Positions 26,682 to 38,227 of a stretch of 64,000 nucleotides of DNA are shown here, piece by piece. Within the stretch, counting starts at the first letter, position 1, and each line of letters starts with the position of its first letter. The notes under the pieces are model-generated. The model saw only the letters and a program-made list of their open reading frames with translations, did not search any database and was not told where the DNA came from. Source of the DNA: Camelus dromedarius (lineage: Eukaryota); assembly GCF_036321535.1 (NCBI RefSeq), contig NC_087437.1:25236001-25300000 (forward strand), in the 5' to 3' direction. A program made the translations under genes and the position numbers.

Positions 26682-27677
26682 TGTAGTATGGGGACCCACT
26701 CAGACCCTCAGAGTTGGCTTGAAGATTATTTTATGGGGTTTTTTTTTCCCTACCTATGATTTTTTTTGATGGGGGTACTGGTATGGGACATCATAGAGGA
26801 AGTCCTTGGCACAAGGGCAGGGGACTGGGAAATTTTAGAGCCCCCTCCTGGGGCACAGCTGCAGAGGAGCTGGGCGGCCTTCCTGGTGTTCAAGAGGAAG
26901 GATTCTTAAGTCCCTTCTCTACTTCGGGGAGCACATCTGAAAGTCCCGTGCCAGAACTGTCAGGAATGCTGTTCTGTTTGATGTGATCAGTGACATGCTG
27001 GGTCTTCTCCTCCAGGGTCTTCCAACTCCTTCACCTTTTCTAGAATGTGGTCCAAGATACTGCTGATGTCGGGAGCCCCTTGGGCTGGGGCTGAACCTTC
27101 CAAAATCATCCACAAAGCCCCCAGCAGGACTGGGAGCTACAGAATGGGCTTCATGGTGGGGCCGGAGGGGCACGCTGAAGGCTCTTTCCCGGGCGCTGAG
27201 GACAGCATGGGCGAAGATTGTTTCAAAATGAAGACATCTGAGATACAACACATCTAGAAAGAAGCCTTTTTGGAGCTTCCCTTATCTGACCAAAGGGAGA
27301 AACTTTTGAGAGTAGGTCCACCATAAGTTCCTTTTCTGGGGCAGTTTCTTAGCCAGGAAAGGAAGCAACCACTGACACAACAGAATAAATTATACAAACA
27401 CACATTATCACAAACTGTCATACCTTCCATTTGTTCCTTACAATCTCATTTGTCTTTTCCCCATAAACTCATTTGTTCTTCCCAGTGAAGCCCTTTCTGC
27501 CAGCTCCCTTTCCCCTATTAAGTTGGAATATAAACCTCTATCTCTAGCCATTCAGGGAACCACTACTTTTGTGACTCATCCCCATATGAATAAACTTTTT
27601 AGTCTTTTTCTCTTGGTTATCAGCAAGGCCCCCCAACCATCTGAACCTGTGGTAGAAGAAAAACTGTCCTGGAACAG
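26682..27677 (+). mobile_element. MER34-like ERV1 LTR split by the APOC1 retrocopy (about 26682-26732 plus 27213-27677)
   Basis: Left part ...TTGGCTTGAAGATTATTTT joins right part GAAGATTGTTTCAAAATGAAGACATCTGAGATACAACA...CCCTTATCTGACCAAAG as in the MER34 5' region; later CCCCTATTAAG..TATAAACC and AATAAAC. Confidence 0.7.
26733..27212 (-). pseudogene. APOC1: processed pseudogene of apolipoprotein C-I (CDS remnant 27154..26890)
   Basis: Minus strand reads GTGCCCCTCCGGCCCCACC-ATG then [42 protein letters not shown]/(frameshift)/[42 protein letters not shown], colinear with 88-aa mammalian apoC-I; no introns; APOC1-like 3'UTR (CCCAGGAGGGGGCTCTAAAATTTCCCA); decayed A tail; degenerate TSD. Confidence 0.93.
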
Positions 27678-28205
27678 GAGGTGAAAACAGATCAAATTCC
27701 ACTATGAGTAAAGGGTTTCGGACGAAACATGGAAGCCCTTTGGGTAGAAGAAATGAGGAAATTGAAACATGCTGAAGACCAAGAGACATGTTGGCAGGAG
27801 AGCACTACTTAGTGGGAAATATGAAAGAAACTCAGAAAGAGAGAATCTTGGGAAGAAAAAAAGAGTAAAAGGACTTTGCTTTATAAATTCTGGCTTATGT
27901 ATCCTGTTCACCAAAGAGTGGGAACTAGCAGGTTCTAACTTACTGACATATTAACGAGCTGGTAATTAGCCTCACTCTCCACACACTTTCCTCCCCGCCT
28001 TCGACCGCTGTTCTGGAATGAACACCCACGCTGCCCGCTTATCCACTCTGTAACTCACACACTCCTCCTGCTTGTCCTCCCCACTGTCTACGTCTCCCTG
28101 ACTGACAGTCCTTCTCTTGTGGAACACCTATTATTAATACCAACAGAAAGAATTACTTTTACAAAATGTCCAAGGATAATTGATTACATTTGGCTTGTTT
28201 CCATC

Positions 28206-28232
28206 AAAAAAAAAAAAAAAAAAAAAAAAAAA
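28206..28232. repeat. poly(A) run, 27 nt
   Basis: Seen directly in the sequence. Confidence 0.95.
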
Positions 28233-28749
28233 GACCAGGCAATTGACTTTCACTTTTCTTCCAACTCTACCCTTGCATAAATAAAGCTCTTCTTGGTAGC
28301 CCTCAGTGTAATGCAGAACATGATGCATATTTTCTATGGTGAGTGAACACTTTGTTTCCATCGCTTCCAAGGCAAATATATTTGGTTCCAACCTCTGGGA
28401 AGTTAAGCAATTAATAAAACTGGCAGATAAATGGCTTTAAAATCCAACCTCCATTGCATACAAATGGACAAACACACAGAGCACCTTTGATGTTTAAGAG
28501 AATCAGTCTCAAAAGCCACAAAGTGATGACCACTGTTATTAGCAATAATTAACTCTGACACTACAATTAACTTGTTTCACATGTGTCACAAAACATCTTT
28601 ATATATGATGAGTATTTTTACAATTATGTTAGGCATTAATGTGGAGGTTTCTCTCTGTCTCTGTCTCTCTCTCCCCCATCCCCACTTCCTTCCTCCCTTC
28701 TTCTCCCTCTGTTCCTTCCTCCCTCCCTCTCTGGCTCTCTGGATTTTAC

Positions 28750-29583
28750 CAGATACTCTCATAATTTGCAGAGATCAGTGCAAAATGAAAATGTGGGCCC
28801 CTATGATCAAAAAGCGGGAAAAATTTACCATTCAAAGTACTAAAATACAAAGTTTTCCTTTAAAAGTATTTTTTACTTAGGTAATAGAATACATGAGTAA
28901 TGACATAAACTTACAAATTAAAAAAAAATACCTTTTACTTCATAACAGAACATTGCTTCTATTAACATAAATACAATTTTATTATATCAAGTTGGTTTCC
29001 TGCAAGAGAAACCATGTGAAAGCGGTCCCCTCCCAGGGAGACACAGACACATAGCCGCTCTGGCACAGATGCAGCGGGGGCTCTGTCCGTGACCCTTCTC
29101 TCTGTCCCTTTCCCCTCGTGTGGGGAACCAGGTCTTGGGGTCACTGCAGCTCCCTTAGTGGGAGAAGGGAAGGCCGTGTCCCCACAACTCACTTGGAGAT
29201 GAGGGACAGGCTGCCCACTCTCGGCTGCACTCCCTGCCTAGGTCTTTATATTCTCCTGCTTGCAAACTTAAGCCTGGGTTCTGGATCCTCCTTAAGAGGG
29301 GCCAGAGGATGCCGGCAGGATAGGAAGAAAGACGGTTGCCTGGGTGCACCTGCCAGAGGCCTGTCATGTTGTAGGCAGCGAGGCAGCCCTCTGGGAGCAG
29401 AGAGACATGGGTGGGAAGAGTTCCGTGTGACCCTGGGGAGAGCTCACGGTTCTTGCTGCCGCCCCCACGCCTCCTGCAGTGACTGTGCCTCCCAGACCCT
29501 GCCAGAGAGAGCGGGGTCTGTGGGAACAGGACCTATCAGAGTGACAGTGGCAGAGTCAACGAGGCAAGCCGCAGCATGGCCTG
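28750..29583 (-). mobile_element. MER45-family hAT-Tip100 DNA transposon (long form, MER45B/C/R-like)
   Basis: ATAATTTGCAGAGATCAGTGCAAAATGAAAATGTGGGCCCC at one end, GC-rich interior, ...GGCCTG at the other end. Confidence 0.75.
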
Positions 29584-29599
29584 AGTAGGAAAGTAGTGT

Positions 29600-30773
29600 A
29601 CGTGCTATGGCATGAGATACATTATTCATTCACCCAAAGAGCTGCAAGAATTGGTTAATTTGTAACGGAAGCAATCAGGAGAAAAGTCTAGCTGCAGCTA
29701 TTGAGGACTCTTTACCAGGGATGGAAGACCGTAAGACTTTTGAGTATTGATTTGTATGAGTTCATTGCTATCCAATCTCTCATTTTTGAGCTGGGATTTA
29801 ATCTCCAGGCAAAGACACCTGCGGCTGGTCCTAATTCACTGCTAGGATGTCTCCCTGAAGTTTGGAAAGATGCTAATCTACTGTACGTGAGGTGGAGGTG
29901 TCAGTTCTGCCTTGACTTAATATTGAGGAAAGGGTCAAAAAGATCAGAGCAGGGTATGTTAGAAAAGATTTATTATGTAAGACCAGAGAACCTATCAGCT
30001 GATTTTGTGCCAGGGGAACTCTCAGAAGTCACTGCTTTTGCTAAAGCAATGAGAAACCCTCCAGCAAAGGGGCAGCACCAAGAAGTCCAATCTGAGATTA
30101 CTCTCTCAGGAAGGGACTGGTGTTGGGAAATGCTGCTATGTAGCTAGGTTCTCTAGCATCCATCAGGATAATAAAACCCCAGAATGAGAGTCGGGGGAGA
30201 GTGCAGACAAGGGTAGATGCTGTTCCCTGTAACGTGCGGTGCGGCTAGAATGGCACCTGCTGGATCTTGACCTTTAGGATTCCCCAGCAATGGCCATGGA
30301 GACCTGATTGTGAAACATCAAGTGATTATATATAAGTGGAGCTGCCCATGACAAGCCGTGTATTTTCAGACTCAATAAATTAAAAGGTCAAGCAGGCAGG
30401 GCTGCAGTCTATTAGAAAACAGAGATGGTTTATTTGGGGTCAGACCCCAGCAGGTCTGTGGGGCATAAGTTCCATGAATAGGTGGCCCATACTCCTGCCA
30501 CTTATCTCTGTAGCTCTGATTCCTCTCCTTCAGCTCACAGCTGTGGCCCCATGGCAGGGAGGGTGCCCTATGACTAACTGACAGAAGATAAGAAGAGAAG
30601 CACCAGACTGGCTCACAGATGAATAAGCTCAATATAGTCATTAAAGCAAACAATGGCTACCTGTGAACATATACCAAAGTGCAATGGGGGGGGACACCCT
30701 CTAGCAATACTCTTGATAATTAACTCTTTGGGGGAGAAGAAGTGGCCTGACATAAGGAGATAGATAGATAGAT

Positions 30774-30837
<64 letters not shown>

Positions 30838-31410
30838 CTTAGATACTTAGATACTTAGATACTTAGATAAATAGATATTCCTGGGAAGTGGAAAATGCCT
30901 TGATTTGTTGGTCAGGGACCTAGGTGGAAGGACTGGAGGCCAAAGGGTCTGGGAAAGAAGCATGTAGTAGAACTTACTGGACTGGGCACGAAGTCTATAG
31001 GTCTTTACGTCTCAGAGAATAATCACATCAAAGAAAGCGCTGAAAAACCAGGAAGACAATGAATTGCACAGTAGATGTGAGCCAGTTTGGTCCTTGGTAA
31101 CCCTAGTGCTTGCTCAATGGCTCAAGAACAGAGTGCCCGTGGTGACAAGAAAGAAGGCTGTGTTCCACATCCTGGACTTCCTTCTACCAAGATGGATGGA
31201 GCTACTCCTGCTGCTGAATGTCTCACCTGCAAACAACAGTGATCTACCCAGAGCACAAAGTGCTGACCAACACAGTGTCTCTGAAAAGACCAGACATCCA
31301 CTGCGGAACAAGCTGATTACACTGCACACTTCCCCCTCATGAGGGAACCGTGTTTCAGTCTTACCAGGACAGATGTGTGTTTTGGCTGTGGGTTTGCCTT
31401 CCCCCACTCC
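29600..31410 (+). mobile_element. ERVL/MaLR internal region: gag remnant, then RNase H and integrase remnants
   Basis: PKELQELVNL*RKQSGE and ORF 29701-30147 (EFIAIQSL..GFNLQAK..GPNSLLGCLPEVWK..GMLEKIYYVRPE) resemble ERVL gag; 30880-31400 resembles ERVL RNase H and integrase (AECLTCKQQ zinc finger, GFAFP). Confidence 0.85.
30758..30877. repeat. (GATA)n tetranucleotide STR followed by (GATACTTA)4
   Basis: Seen directly in the sequence. Confidence 0.97.
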
Positions 31411-31829
31411 ATTCTGCTTTAGCTAAATATCTGATTCACATCTTATTCTTTTGTCAAATCAGGGAAATTAATGATCTGGATAATTGATGAGGCAGAAGAC
31501 TTTGGCCTTGATCATTGACAAAATATGTTTCTAAGATTTGTTATAAAGCACTTTTCTGTGTTACCTACAACCAGCAATGTTGGACATAAAAATAATGGTA
31601 AGAATTAGACAGTGTCTGGTTAGAAAACTCAGTATAAATCACCCTTCATTCATGTGTTTCTTGTGGGAGCAGTACACACAAGGATCTTCTTTTTAGAGGT
31701 TTAGGCTATTCTTGGAGATAAAACTGGCTTGCAGTGGTTGTAGCATTTGTCTTCAGCTCAAGGTCTACAAAGGGTTTCTTACCCACTAAACCCAAATGCA
31801 GATCATGCCATCACCCTGAAGCACACACA

Positions 31830-32100
31830 TGAAATGAAACAAAAACATCTATAAAAATGAAGGACAAAATTGAAAAGTATTAAAGGTAATATAACTATGG
31901 AAGACAGACAAAGGACATCCAGTGTATATATAATTTCTGCATTGAAAACAAACCAATAAGATAGACAAAAATATTTGACAATAATACAGAAAACAAATTT
32001 TCTGAAACAAAAATAATTGCCTGTATAGATCAAAACCTCTTTGGAAAACAGTGATTCAAAAACCTCTCACAGACTGAAAAATTAGAGACCACTCCAGAAA
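31830..32100 (+). mobile_element. old L1 ORF1-region fragment
   Basis: A-rich ATGGAAGACAGACAAAGGACATCCAGTGTATATATAAT...ATAATACAGAAAACAAATTTTCTGAAAC. Confidence 0.5.
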
Positions 32101-32359
32101 TTAAGAAGGAAATTTCAGTTAAAGGGATTAACTTCCTAACACATTTGTCACTTAGGAGTTAAGTGCTGTATTTGCCTCCCAGATCCAATCAAATGCTAAA
32201 ATCCAAAGACTGAAAATCTTTGTAATCCACTTACTTCTCTATGTGCCCTGGTCCAGGGCAACTGCATTCAGACGACTGTACACTTTTACTCCTTGGTCTT
32301 ATGCCCCCTCAAATTCTTCTCCACGATACAGCCAAAGTGATCTTTCTAAAACCTGACCA

Positions 32360-33020
32360 TGTTAAACTTTACCTGAGCCTACTGATCCTGGAAAACACTG
32401 ATGGTTAAGAAGTTCCTGCAACCTTTTGTGTTCTGGGATATGGCTTACTGCAAAGAACCTTTCCCATATGACCTAGATAAAATTCACAGATGCCTCCCTT
32501 TATTTATCTATGACAAAGCCAGACACAGGCCGTCCACATTCCCATTCTTTGCTTCATAAATGATTAGCTTAATTTTTTTGTGCCCACAATCAATCTGGAT
32601 AAATTACCTGCTAATTTCACTTGACCAAACTTTAGGTAAGCTTCCCTTCTGCCCCCAGGTCCCTGAATTTTGACCCATCCTCAACATAAACCAGAATACA
32701 ACCCCTTTTTAATGGCACCTTCCAGGAACAGGCTGACCTCAGGGCACAACAGTCTCTGATCTACTATTTAAGCATGCCACTTCCATCCATTTATTTTACT
32801 TCCCAACACCTGAGTTTTTTTCTTGCCTTGCTCACTCCTCCTTATAAAGGAAAAGCCCTTTTCTGCCTGATCTTTGAGATACTTGCAGATGTCATGGTTG
32901 GAGCATTCTTCCTATTGCAATAATTCCCCTCCCCCATTGCAACAGTCTTCCTCTTTTGCAGAAATCCTTTTGAATAAATTGCCTCTCCATATTTAAGTCC
33001 AAATTTGTTCTTGTTAGACA
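32360..33020 (+). mobile_element. MER90-like ERV1 solo LTR inserted in L2
   Basis: Starts TGTTAAACTTTACCTGAGCC, contains CTTTTGTGTTCTGGGATATGGCTTACTGCAAAGAACC and AATAAA, ends GACA; L2 sequence on both sides (about 32200-32359 and 33021-33610). Confidence 0.85.
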
Positions 33021-33674
33021 AACCAAAATTTGACCCAGCCTCTCCCCTACTTAAAACCTTATTGGCTTTTCACTGTTGTTAAGATAAAGTCCAAATTCCT
33101 CCTGTTTATAAGTTGTTTCCTGAGCTAGTTTATCCCGGGCATATAGCTCTTTAATTGTCTCTTTCTTCTCCTAAATCACCTCCTTTGTTATGCCCATTTC
33201 TCTAAATTCAAGCCATCCTTAATTTTTGGAAGTTCCTTAAATTATTATACTTTCTCCAGAATTTAGACTTGCCAGTCTCCCCTTCCTGGTCTTGCCCTCA
33301 ACCTTTCTGGATTATCCTGCTTGTCTCCCAGGCCTCAGGTGTGATGCTCCCTCATCCAGGAGACCTTTCCAGACCTCCCATGGGAGGGCATGGTCTCCTT
33401 TAGGTCCTTTTGAAGACTCTGTGTTCCTCTCATACTGCTACTGTAACTGCTTCTCTAATGACCTTCTCTATCACTAGATTTCTACCTACATAATCTACAG
33501 AGATTATGTGTTTTTCATTGTTTCATCAATAGTATCTATCAATGGGAGACACTAAGTAAATACCAGTTGTATCAGTACAATTGTATTAATTGAATGAAAG
33601 AATGAATTAATCGCTTAGACAATAGGAGAAGCAGAGACCAAAATAGGGGAATCTGCCTCCAGCAAGAAATAGTT

Positions 33675-34260
33675 TATCAGTATTATTTTGGTGATAAGTG
33701 ACAAAAACTGAACTTGAACTAACTTGGGCCAAAAAAGGGTGATGGCTATTGCTTTCATAAGAAAATTAAGGTAAGGAACATATGGATTAGTTAGGGCTCT
33801 CTCAATAGCAAGTTTCAGGAAACTCAACTCAATTTACTCTAGTTAAAACCTTCAGGGGTAGGTTTAGTTGTGGTGAAGCTTACCTGAAGGGTTCGAACAG
33901 TGACCCAAGATCTGGTCTCTCATTGTCTCTAGTTTTTCACTATTCTCTTCCAGGTGGAAACTTCAGTCTCAGGCCTCACTGGATGGTAACATGGGAGCAA
34001 CAGAGCTCCCTCCTTCACAATGCCAAGGTCAGCTTCCAAGGCAACCTTGTTGCTGTTGGGTTTTTCCTGGTGGTTCCTACAAAAATTCTGAAACCTGCTG
34101 GACTAGGATTTCCATAACTAAACTAGGTAATGTGTCCTTTCTGAACCAATCTCTCTGATGGGAGGAAAGTAATTCCCTGTTTGGTTTAGCTTATGTTACA
34201 CACCCAGCCCTGCACATGGAGGTGGGGCCACGTCCACATCTCAGAATGAGAGAGAACTTA
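33675..34260 (-). mobile_element. old MLT1 (MLT1J/K/L-like) LTR fragments
   Basis: TAAGTGACAAAAACTGAACTTGAACTAACTT, ATGTGTCCTTTCTGAACCAATC. Confidence 0.6.
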
Positions 34261-35249
34261 CCTCCATCTGAACATTAGCCCTTCTGCCAGGCCAGCACTG
34301 AAGGCAAAAGAGACAAAGGACTAATGACTCTCCAGGTGGTCTCAGAGCTGACCTCTGGGCAAGTAAACCCAAAGCCTCAATGTCCTCAGGAAATCTGTTC
34401 CCCTGTGCCACTCTCTGCACTTTTACTTTCTGCAGGAGGGTTGAAACCATGGCTCCTCGCTTATCTCTCTCCCTTCGAATTCAACAAACATGACTACTCA
34501 CCAATAGTTTAACATTTAAAAACATATTAAGCAATTATTTTCCTTTCCCACCATAAACAGGAAACATTTCATTGCATTTCTCAACACACATGTAAGCAAT
34601 AAGTTTGCTACAGTAGTTACAGGACAATTGTAGGAAACAAATGCCCAAATCCAATTAGTGTGCCATTAAACGCTTGTCACACAAGGCAACAATAATAATT
34701 ACAACTTATTATCCTAGAGGAAATATAAAAACCAAGAGGTAATCAAAATATCGCAATATACTGCAGAGAAAAACCTACCACAATATTCATTTCTTTGTAA
34801 TGTCAAATATACGACCCTAAAGAAGTAAAAAAAAAAAAAGTAAGAGAATCCTTCCAGCAGTGCATAGTACTAGTGGAAACATTTTTCAAAGCCTGTTCTC
34901 CAAACTATTTCCAATTCTGAGTTTAAGGAACTCTTTACCCTTTCCTTATCTTTCCAAGTTCATGAAAAAGTTTCCTGTAAATAGATTCCAATGGCACTTA
35001 ACAGCAGATTAATTCTTCCCTCTAGCTCTCCCATATTGCCTCATGAAATAAAACAATTCAAAGCTGGCCTGCCTCTAACTGGAAGCCACAGTCAAAGACC
35101 TTATTCTGATGAGCAGGAAGACCTCCACTAGGTGAGAGTAACTAAGGTAATTTAAATATGGGTGAACACAGGAACAAATTCCCAGGCTCTGCTACTCTCT
35201 TTGTTGAAACCCATTCTTTTGGAAAATCATTTTCTTTAGCCATTGGACA

Positions 35250-35770
35250 ACAAAATGCATTGTCAAGAAATTTTATAGCAATAATTATAAAAGATGTCCA
35301 TTTGAACCCATTGAGGTCTCACTGATTTTATAACACCCAGCAGACCTCCCTGCAGGAGAACACTATATTTATGTGAGCAATATATGCGACAATTGAGATC
35401 GTAAAATTAAATGACCACATAGAACTGTCATTTATACGATGAGCGCCTACATATGTGAAGGCTGGTTTATTTTGCAGCGTCGGGTTGCGTTAAATGGTCC
35501 ACTCTCAGTGAACGTTTTTAATCACGCATTTCTTCACTCTTTCTGCAATATTACACTTGAAGGACTAGTAAGCAGTTTGCTATGAAATGCTAAATGGTTA
35601 CTGGCACTGTTATTCTGACAGAAGAGCTCACTAAAATAGAAGTACAGTACATATTGTATGCAATTGTTTTATGAGAGACATTATGGTTACTAGAATAACA
35701 TTTCACCATTACCAACTGCTGAGAGAAAAGTCATTAAGATATTTGGCAAGCCAGCGCAATTTTTCAACAG
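35250..35770. promoter_or_regulatory. candidate conserved non-coding/enhancer element
   Basis: No repeat recognised; 9 CpGs in 35387-35526 despite the AT-rich context; TCGTAAAA (posterior HOX/CDX) at 35399 and GACCACA (RUNX) at 35413. Confidence 0.4.
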
Positions 35771-36141
35771 AGCTATAGCACAAGACCTTAGAACGGCTTG
35801 CAGAGAGGGAGACTGGCTGTCTCACAAGGGAAAAAAGAAATCAAGTCTCAAGTCTCTGTTGTTTGATTTATAGTACTTTATTTTCAGATTCCAATGAGGA
35901 AGTTACAGGGTATGTTAGAAGTGTCAGAACAACAGGGAATCCATGTAGAAAATAGGTGTGTATCTACCTGCAAGTATTTCTGGTATATGTGTGTGATTCT
36001 GTGTGTGTAAAGACCTCTTAAGATAATTCTTATGACAATGTCAATGGGCTAAAACAACTTTTTGCAGGGAACTACCTTTGTCTGGAGATCAACTTCTGTA
36101 CTTTTTTTTTTTTAACTGAAAAGACATTCATGAATTGTGGA

Positions 36142-36171
36142 ATTTGGGTGAAATTGGAATTTCACCCAAAT
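36142..36171. repeat. perfect inverted repeat, 14-bp arms with 2-nt loop
   Basis: ATTTGGGTGAAATT-GG-AATTTCACCCAAAT. Confidence 0.97.
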
Positions 36172-37606
36172 AAAGGAGAATAAAATAAGTAGTTTGCTGT
36201 AAACATTTAACATTTCCTGCCATGGTTATTAGTAGTAAAAAAGTGATGATAGTTTTATAAATGCTTTGTGTGTGTGTATATGTAATATTTACATACACTT
36301 ATATGTATATAAACATATATAATGTATAAACATATATATGTGCATATAAAACATATATACTAAAAGTCTGTATATACTTGTATGTATATATGTCTATATA
36401 TACTTGAATACATATGCATCTACATAATACAGATAAGATAGATAGCTCTTTGATTGCTAAACTGACAAAGATTATCATCTATTCCTGCCAATGCTGTTAC
36501 TTCTATCTTATTAAATCAGGAGAAACACAAGCATTCACCAAAAACAAATATACTTCAGGCTGTACCTCCACAATAACAAAGATAGATCAAATTGGGACTA
36601 GTTAGTCAAATATGTGCATGTGTGTACATAACGGTGAAGGCAAGACTAAGAAAGCAATCTCATCCTCCCTGCTGCCACGGTTCCCTCAGTAAGTCACAAG
36701 CTACCTCACACAGAGCTCCGCCGGTAACTATTGATTGAGTAAATATTGAAAAAAAAAAATACACCTGTGATCTTTTACTAAATAAAATATCAAATAGATA
36801 TTTTAAATTACCCAGAGAACTGGATTCTCTTCCTATGTATTTAATACTATTAACTCCAGTAAAAGGCTTTGAGTTTCTCACAAAGTTATAAAGGGGTGTT
36901 GGGGGGAAGATACTCAGTCAATTCAGTTAAAAGAAATCAAACCAGCAAATCAACTGAATTTTTCATTCTTTGATATTTTAGTTCATGAAGAAACACCTAA
37001 AGGATATGTAATCACATTCAGATTGCTCAGCATAGCCAACTCTCATTTATATTAGGCCCTTATTTTTTATAAGCCAGTTTTTATCTCCCTGTTTACTGAT
37101 AATAAAACTTACCAATATCATTAAGATCAATATGGAGATTCTCATTTTTTAAAAAAACAATTTTGGATGGTACCAAGGTGACAAGGAAGGTACTGTTTTT
37201 GATGGAGGTGATGTTTCCTAACACGAAAATAAAGTACACCCTCAACTGCTGATTTTCCAATAACCTCCTTTTGATCCAGGTACTTTATTCCAAATAAATT
37301 ATTTTATTTAAAATGACAAGTTTCTCTCTTTACATACTCTTCTACATCCCACCATAGCTACATTTCTTTCCAGTAGAAGCCAAGGGAACCTTACCTAGTC
37401 ACTGAATTTCTAGCCCTGGATATTGGGATTCTGGAGGAGGGAAATGAAAGAGCTGGAGAGTGTTGTCCTTTCATTCTAGCCTCCTGCTCTCTCTCAGATC
37501 CAATTTAGATCCAATAATGAGTCAGTCGCCTATACACACAGCTCCTTCCATTACATCATGTCTGAAGGAGTTAACTCCACTTTATAAAGATGTAGGAAAA
37601 TTTTAA

Positions 37607-37681
37607 CTTCTTCTCCTCCTCCTCCTCCCCCCTCCTCTTCCTCCTCTTTCCCCCTCCTCCTCCTCTTTCCTTTTCTTTTTT
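37607..37681. repeat. (CCT)n-rich polypyrimidine tract
   Basis: Seen directly in the sequence. Confidence 0.9.
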
Positions 37682-37702
37682 GGTTACTTCTTTTTCTAGT
37701 AT

Positions 37703-38227
37703 TGTTAGGTAGTTAGACACGTAGGGGCACAGGGCAGATAGGTGGAGAGAGGGAGGGTGGCCCAGAAGATTGAGTCAGGGTAAAGGGACTTTAGTTCTTC
37801 TAAATGAGAGCCAGCAAGAAACCGGTAGAACCCGACAACCACGACTGCATGGTAGCAGAAAGGACTTAACTGCGGACACGACCAACATTCACTGTATTAC
37901 AATTAACATTGCGGTTTAGGCTCCCCCCACAGGTTTTTCTGCATACACCATGGGAAAGGACATGTGCAAAGGGGCCAAACATGACTAAGCATTCCAGGGA
38001 CAAGGAGCTGTCAATCAATCAAAAAACCACCTCTAAGCGAGGGTATAAGAGAAAGGGGAGACAAAAATCCTCCCTTGGATCAGCAGGCCTCCCATTTTTT
38101 GGAGGTGTACTTTTTCTTTTTTAAATAAATCTTTTAAAATCTTTCACTACACAACGCACCATCTCCTGACTGTAAACTTATCTTTAGGGTATGACAAGAA
38201 CCAGGGTCTTTAATTTTGGGGGTTACA
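37703..38227 (+). mobile_element. ERV1-class solo LTR (525 bp)
   Basis: TGTTAGG...GGTTACA termini; 4-bp TSD GTAT at 37699-37702 and 38228-38231; TATAAGA at 38044; AATAAA at 38124. Confidence 0.9.

Noticed and set aside
26919..27257. ORF-track entries 26919..27251(-), 27045..27257(+) and 26756..26986(+)
   Set aside because: These are out-of-frame or antisense readings of the APOC1 pseudogene, not genes
29118..29588. 156-aa ORF in a GC-rich stretch
   Set aside because: Falls in the interior of a MER45-family transposon; no recognisable protein
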